DNA of 28,970 nucleotides from Trichoplax sp. H2 (lineage: Eukaryota). A program made the translations under genes and the position numbers. The stretch lies in the NCBI GenBank assembly GCA_003344405.1, contig NOWV01000032.1, positions 558,001 to 586,970 on the forward strand. Reading direction: 5' to 3'. Positions 22,147-28,970 of the stretch are shown piece by piece. Position 1 is the stretch's first letter. Each line of letters begins with the position of its first letter. A model generated the notes under the pieces. It was not told where the DNA came from, ran no database searches, and saw nothing but the letters and a program-made list of their open reading frames with translations.

Positions 22147-23127
22147 TTTGTAATTCACTGTATTTCTGTAAATGTAAATTAAGCGCTCTTTTAGGATAGT
22201 TAGTTACTAATGCGCAAATTGCAGCGTTTTGATAAAAAATCCTTAATTTAGCTACAGACTTACTGTACTGTACAGTACAGTACAGTACACAGTGTAAGTA
22301 CAGTACACAGTGTAAGTACAGTAAATATTCAATAACGAACACATTGACGTTCAATACTAGTCATCCGACACCTCTCTGCACTTAACATCAACAGTACTGT
22401 ACGTACAGTACTTTTACGCTTTTACAGTAGAGAATACTGGTACTGTACTGTACAGTACACTTAAAGTACTGTACTGAGACATACTGTACTATACTGTACA
22501 CACGCATAGTTAACTCTATGCACAGACGTTATTCGTTAGTGTTTACTGACGTCACAAACCCTATGTGCACTACTGTACCGTAATACTGTACTGTACTGTG
22601 CAGTACAGTATGAAAAAGAAAAGAAAAAGACTACAGTACTGTACTGTACCCGAGAACTTGTAGCCTACTGTACAGTACAGTACCGTACAGTACAGTAGTA
22701 TCAGAGTAAAAAGGACAGTAGACCTCACAGTACATAGTACAGCAAATACTGTAATCGTAACAAAAACATTCAAATTTTAAATTTTTAAACGAGCAACGAT
22801 TTTGACGAAATACAGTATTATGATTCTTATTAAGTTAACGTAAAACGCATGTACGTTAGATCTGCTATTTATTTGTGAAAATAACTTTGGAGTAGGCCAT
22901 ACAGTACTGTACCCTAGCTGTTTGAAGGTGAAAAGAAAAACGACGCAACTGCACAAATTAATAATAAGTAACTACTGTAAATGCGCATATTTATGAAACA
23001 ACTATAAGAGTACATACAGTACAACAAGAAAGATCATTTAAGATAGTGCTTCCATTGAGAACGACTTTTAGAAGACGTGCCCGATCAGTTTTGGCGAAAG
23101 ATTCGTACTTTATTGAAAATTAACTTA
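22147..23127. promoter_or_regulatory. Putative bidirectional promoter region between DNLZ and UBE2S
   Basis: Head-to-head start codons ~1 kb apart; perfect CRE palindrome TGACGTCA at 22547-22554; CHR-like TTTGAA at 22921-22926; E2F-like TTTTGGCGAAA at ~23089-23099. Function inferred from position only. Confidence 0.45.
22260..22760. repeat. Large ACAGT/ACTGT pentamer array
   Basis: tactgtactgtacagtacagtacagtacacagtg..., including an 18-bp tandem duplicate gtacagtacacagtgtaa x2 (~22280-22315); produces spurious ORFs 22133..22354 and 22570..22773. Confidence 0.85.
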
Positions 23128-25188
23128 ATGGCTGCGGTAAATCTAAACAGTACTTACTACTTACTAACTACTATTTATATTAATTATACTGTATATATAT
23201 AAAACATATATACATATATATATCTTTCGTTATTTGTCTTTGAGTTATGGTAATTTTCTTTAGTATGAGATACTATATCGATGCACGCTAGCTAATCTTG
23301 GCTAATATTTCATTCGAACCGATTGAGCCGATAGCGCCCATTAGATACTCTACGCAAATGAATCAGGGACCTTCATTTGCACTTTTTTTGGTAGATTATA
23401 CAGTATTATAAGGTCTATTTTTTTGCTGGCTACTCTGTGGTCATTATACTCATAGACATGAATTAGCTTTGGTAAGGAAGAGCTTAATGTACTGTACTGT
23501 AATACTAGATGCACAAATTTCGAATCGAATCGTAGTTTGAACGCTAATATTCGTATTATAAAATCAATCAATCTAAACGCCAGCTAATTTTTAAATATTT
23601 GTTAATTAAATTCTACTTTACAAAAGAATTTATTAGGTCAGGCTCTACCGTCTGAAATTGTTAAGCGAGTTATAAGAGAACTCGGAAATTTGATGTCTGA
23701 TCCACCCGAGGGAATCAAAATCTTTCCTAATGACGGTGATGTCACTACTCTTTACGCAGCGATTGAAGGACCAGGTATGATACTATGTAGTACTAATGCA
23801 TTAAGAAATAATCATATGTATAATACAGTATGTACAGTATAGCACTTACGCGTATTCTACGTAAACATGTCTTACCAAATTATACCCTACTTAATAGCTA
23901 CATAAATTCGTAACTCCACTATCGTAACGTACAGTAGAACGATAGCAGTGACTATAATTTCTACTTTACTTCATTGAAGCTTTCCAGACGTAACAGATTA
24001 ATCAGAATAAAAAATTGTTTCATAGTACGGTACATTGTGTTCAGATACTTAATAGATTTAGAGAACATCCAGAACTTATCGCAATTACTTCATGTCAAAT
24101 CATACAATATGATTGTAATTTATAATAAATTAACTTGCTAACGAAGTATTCTTTAAGTCAAATGTTAATATAAGGATTTACGAAGATTTTATTTCCTGTT
24201 ATTTATGTGATTTATGTTACGATTATATTATAAAATATTTGTTAATTTATATTTTAACTCTTCGTTAATTCAATGTTACTAAAATATGTATTCCATGTAA
24301 TAGTTGGAACTCCTTACGAAGGTGGAATATTCCGCCTAAAGTTGATGTTGGGTAAAGATTTCCCAATGGTACCCCCTCAAGGTATAAACCCTTTGACTAT
24401 TGGACCACTAGTGTAGATGTAATAATAATTGATATCAATACCATTTATAATACCGAACGAATATGTGATAGCAAGCATAAGGTTTCATAATTGCATTGAA
24501 ACATCAATGATACGCGTATATCACGTTACCTCTTAAACAATATGTAGACTTACCTTTCTAAACGATTGGCTGTTAACACGGCCATTTTCGGTAATGCAAC
24601 CGTTAATATCTATCAGTTGGGTTATAAATATGTGTTGTAGCACTAATTAAATTAGTTCACTTATGCAGTTCTAAATTTATTACAGGGTATTTTTTAACTA
24701 AAATATTTCATCCCAACGTCGCTCAGAATGGAGCAATTTGTGTTAATACTTTGAAGAAAGATTGGAAGCCTGATTATGGAATCCAACATATTCTACTGGT
24801 ACTAATTATAATTATATCCAAAGTGATCATGTAGCAAACACAATCTTCTGCTAAGTTGTAAATCAGCTATAACTTGTGTATGGATAATACTGTATAATTA
24901 TTAAACGATACTTTTAAACTCTTCCAGACAATCAAGTGTCTCCTAATTGTTCCAAACCCAGAATCGGCTTTAAATGAAGAAGCTGGTAGGTTATTACTAG
25001 AACGTTATATTGATTATTCACATCGGGCCATGATGATGACCGAGATACATGCTATGGACTATAAGAAAAACAGCCTTTCGGAAAATGTTGATCCCGCAAA
25101 GGGAGAGATAGCAACGAAAAGATATTTTGAAGAAAAGAAAGTTGAAAGAAAAACTAAAGACAAAAAAAGGGCATTAAAGAGATTGTAA
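23128..25188 (+). CDS. UBE2S: Ubiquitin-conjugating enzyme E2 S (K11 chain-elongating E2 of APC/C), ~200 aa
   Basis: Exons 23627-23774, 24304-24381, 24686-24798, 24928-25188, plus a tiny phase-0 first exon (ATGGCTGCG|GTAAAT at 23128-23136, or ATG|GTAATT at 23247-23249). Motifs [45 protein letters not shown] (catalytic Cys at 24739-24741), [17 protein letters not shown], and the UBE2S-type basic C-terminus [10 protein letters not shown]. Confidence 0.93.
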
Positions 25189-27064
25189 CCTATAGGAATA
25201 TGAACCTTCTGACCTTTTATTTGTTTTACGAAAGTACATATGCTATTACAGAATCAAGCTATTGCCTTATTTTACTCATGGGTAGTGACTATTTCAGCGG
25301 ACATCGTGGTAATCTCTTAACACTGTACTTATGATCCATTAAATCAGCTTTACCTAAGACTTAATTGTTATTTGACAGATTTGTCATCATGGAATACTAT
25401 GTATTATGCATGTTTATTTAACTTTCACACTAGATCTAGCTCATTCTTAAAAATTTTGGAAATAGTTCGCTTATAATAGCAAAATATAAATGAAAGATTA
25501 AGATTTTGTACAATTCTTTAAAACTTTGCAAAATTTAAATAGTGCAGTGTACGCTGTTAGTGAAACGTAGATCATTTCGTAAAGATTAGTGAATAATCTA
25601 TTATTAAGAGAATAGGAAGGATCAGCGAACGAAATTTGAATCCTTTATCTGCTTCTTGGGACTCTGTCGTGATTACATGTTCTTCGAATCTGCCGAAACC
25701 ATAAGGCATATATAAAAAATTTTACAAAAGTGCATAACACTTTAAATTTCGCCTTTCTTATCGTATTTTAATTTTAGTATAGATACGTATGGAACTGTAG
25801 ACTTCATGGCTAAGTATCACGAAAGCGGATATTTTATTTAGAGCGCTTGCGTATGCTGTATAGTATTTAATAACGATCGAATGCCATCATGTGCGTTCTG
25901 AAACAATGCACTGCACACCAGACCTGTTGGTACACTGTATTAGTAACACACGGCGAAGAATTTCCAATAAAACAATTCTACTGTCTCCGATGGTCATGCT
26001 TTTATTCGATCAGGACATTCTTTTGTTTCTTAATTTCTTTTAGGTCAGTAGTATAAAACATGACGCTCATTTCGTTATACCCTATTTATCTGTACAAGAG
26101 CTGTTACTATAGAAAAAATCAGTGAGTTATTCCGAAAGAAAATGTAATTTACAGTAAATACGTACGTATTTTCTTCACTTCATCATTAGTCATCTATAAG
26201 CCGTAGCATATTTAAAGCGATTTTACGATCAAACTGCGAACTAATACACTTCTTGCATTTAATAATACATACTATACATGTGTTATATATAAATTAATAA
26301 TTACGAATAGCAAATCTGTACTGTATATGGAAAAAAAGTGGTTACGTTATACATTAATTTGCATCAGTAATATGCAGATTTCACTATATGTTTTTTTGCA
26401 ATTACAGTTTTACTCTATAAAACTTTGGTCAAGTTGAACTTCACTCTACATAAAAAGTTCAAGCACTACCATGATTTGCAATATCTATCATAGTTACAAT
26501 AAATAATATCATATTCTGCACATTCAACTTCCATCACTTTTACAGTTATTTCTTTCAATCTTTACGTACCGCTAGCCGTAGCACGTACTCTGAAAGTCAC
26601 ATGCTGAAGGGTAAAAGAAATGAAAGGTTAAAGAGCTATGAATCACTTAACATAAGCAAGATGTAAATCTTTGATTTTACTGATAGCTTAATCCCTAAAC
26701 GCTATATATACGCGTATATAAGGATAGATAAGAAATACGCAGCATGTAAAATTCGTTACTATGAAAATAAGCTGAAGCGCTATACAGTACTGTAAATTTA
26801 TTGATGAACATTCAACATTTTGCAAATGAGATTGAGAAACTCGATAGCTTCAATAAGGCTTTACTGTGCAATCACTCCTCCCGCTGTTTCGGGTATCTGC
26901 AAAGAAATTTCAATAATTTAGGTCCTCTGGTCAACATGAACCCTCATGATTTAATAAATATGTGTCCTTTCAGAGTACTATAGTAGCAATAGCCACCAGT
27001 ATTAATCAAAGATAAAAGATTTAATGAGAGTAATTTAATATGTTCTTTTAAGTGAATTTACTGT

Positions 27065-28355
27065 TTAGGATCCGTCAACCAGCTCATCAATCTCAACACC
27101 GTACTTTCGTAGTGTCTCTTCTAAAGGGCTAAAATTAACATAAGAGTCAGCATAGCTTGAATCTAAAGAAGCAACATTTGCGTCCACATTTTCAGTTACG
27201 CTGCTCCTTCCATTGCCGCGATCGACTTGCAAAAGACTTATGCCACCACTATCAACATCAGGTGTATCATTAATATTGCTTTCTTCACTGTTACCGAAGC
27301 TGCTTTCTTCGGTAGGGCAAATATCAAATTTATTGATTTCGCAATTTTCTGACGTGGACATTTTCGACTCAGACGGCAGATTAGAGGCCATCTTGGCTTC
27401 TGCTGGCTTAGTTGGACTAATAAGCAGGTCATCTGAAATGAAGACTTGACTAGATTCTCTTTTAACAGTAAATGGTACCTCACTAACAACTAATTTACCA
27501 AATTCGCCGTTATAATCGCTACTGTGATTTCCTTTGTCAGATTGAAAAATATCGTTTGATCTATTGCATGACACCTGCTCAGCAGAATAGCTTTGTACTT
27601 TCGAGTCTTGCATATTATTCGATGGATTAATGTTATCAAATTTTCTAGATTGTTCAAGGCACGAGGATGTGCACGTAGATCCATGACTTGGTGTCGAAAT
27701 TGAATGGTTCAATCTCCGATTGCTGATACTTTCTACAAAGCTAGGAGTTGTGAGAGAAGTTGTTAATTGTTCATGCTTTTGACAGATTTGCTTATCGAAT
27801 GGGTTCGCTTCTATGTTAGCTACAGCTGCGCTTTTTTCGTTAAAATTAAAAAAAGGTTGACTTGCCGAGTTCATAGATCGATCATATTTGGGGGACTGAT
27901 ATGAAGAGTGAGTGTAGATTGCCTCTTTATCGGAATTCGGTGATATTTTACAATTTTCTAAACTTGATGGAGGATGCATCAAGTCGGTTTTATACGTTTG
28001 TCCAACCAATAGCTGCGATTGCCTTTTGATTTTACTGTGACCAAATGATCGTACCAACAACGTCATATCCTCATGATACCAACAATTGCTACGTTGATCA
28101 TTAAAACATGCCCTGTGAGTTCGGCATATTTCGTTTACAACCTGTTGAGAGACGTCATTAATGTCTTTTCCTCTTTCCAATTTACTCCAAATTAGTTTTG
28201 CAATATAAATATTTGGATCTGTAATATTCGAATGTGCTTCCAGTACTTTGTATATTCCAGACGACATAAGAACCAAAAAATGCCAAGAGTCATAATTTAT
28301 AGGATAACCACCTCGAATGTCTGGTTTTGCTGTAATTGGTTCACTCAATGACACG
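27065..28355 (-). CDS. TAB1: TAK1-binding protein 1 (PP2C-like pseudophosphatase), 3'-terminal coding exon; gene is 5'-partial
   Basis: Acceptor attag|c at 28356. EPITAKPDIRGG..FLVLMSSGIYKVLE..HEDMTLLVRSFG matches TAB1 PIIAEPEIHG..FLVLMSEGLYKALE..HEDMTLLVRNFG. C-terminal SYVNFSPL resembles the TAK1-binding PYVDFAEF. A phase-compatible candidate upstream exon lies at 28970-28926 (..NVKVSQL|GTAAGC), uncertain. Confidence 0.88.
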
Positions 28356-28970
28356 CTAATTTCAAATTTTAAATAAATAAATTAAGAAAAAACATGAATA
28401 TATTGACAATATCTCAAATTAAGTTATAATTTTTGGAGTATATTGTTAAGTAATAAAGTCTAGTTTAACTTCAGCCTTTTAAAGTAACATTTCGCAACCT
28501 TATCTGTTATTTTTGTAAGAAGTAAAATGCCGTTTTACTGCATACAAAACCTGCATATTATAAGCGCATTATCAATTGCCATGCAAGAAGAATTCTGGGA
28601 TCATATTTGAAAATATGTCTACGCCTGCATTACCTATTTAATGTAATTAACAGTAAGAATATGCGCAACTTTGTCCGTTTATACATATATGTCTCCTTGT
28701 ATATTCGTACTAGTTGAGAACGTGGTAACACACTGTAAACCCTTGAGCAATTAAAAATTGGCGCAATCGAATCGAATGTCAACCCAGTCCAAAATAGTCA
28801 TAAACTTTAGAAATTTGTTATATTTCTTATGCTAGGCTCGGAGTAAGATACTGGTATCATAGAGCAGTAGTCTGATCCATATACAGAAAACATTCAAAGA
28901 TTAATTGCTACTTTATGGCGCTTACAGCTGTGATACTTTTACATTAGCCAAAATGGGATTGGTGTAGCTA

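Noticed and set aside
22260..22760. Repeat arrays as a CRISPR array or telomeric repeat
   Set aside because: No constant repeat with unique spacers, no cas genes, eukaryotic context; the unit is not TTAGGG-like and switches strand.
26810..26900. Acceptor-like ttctttgcag followed by DCTVKPY on the minus strand, as an alternative TAB1 tail
   Set aside because: A stop follows PY immediately and no in-frame donor was identified; probably chance.
27238..27684. Minus-strand ORFs 27238..27489 and 27490..27684 as overlapping genes
   Set aside because: Alternative frames inside the TAB1 exon with no supporting features.

Overview
AT-rich, compact eukaryotic genomic DNA with short spliceosomal introns and abundant ACAGT/ACTGT pentamer arrays. 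It is most consistent with an early-branching animal such as a placozoan (inference from gene content, intron size and the ACAGT motif). I assembled six protein-coding genes by hand from splice sites and reading-frame phase: (1) a PLXDC/TEM7-like type I membrane protein with an atypical extra FN3 + C-type lectin cassette and two GC-AG introns (+, 3127-5950); (2) a C1orf21/DUF4612-like small protein with a 17-nt microexon (+, 9760-10960); (3) FKRP split over at least 15 coding exons, first exon unresolved (-, 13235-16286); (4) DNLZ/Hep1 (-, 20361-22146), head-to-head with (5) UBE2S (+, ~23128-25188); (6) the terminal exon of TAB1 (-, 27065-28355). Intergenic DNA holds a decayed Helitron Rep fragment, two Helitron-like 3' ends, several foldback/MITE-like hairpins and two low-confidence decayed death-effector-domain-like relics. 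No rRNA, tRNA or CRISPR array was found. All homology calls come from remembered family motifs, not database searches.
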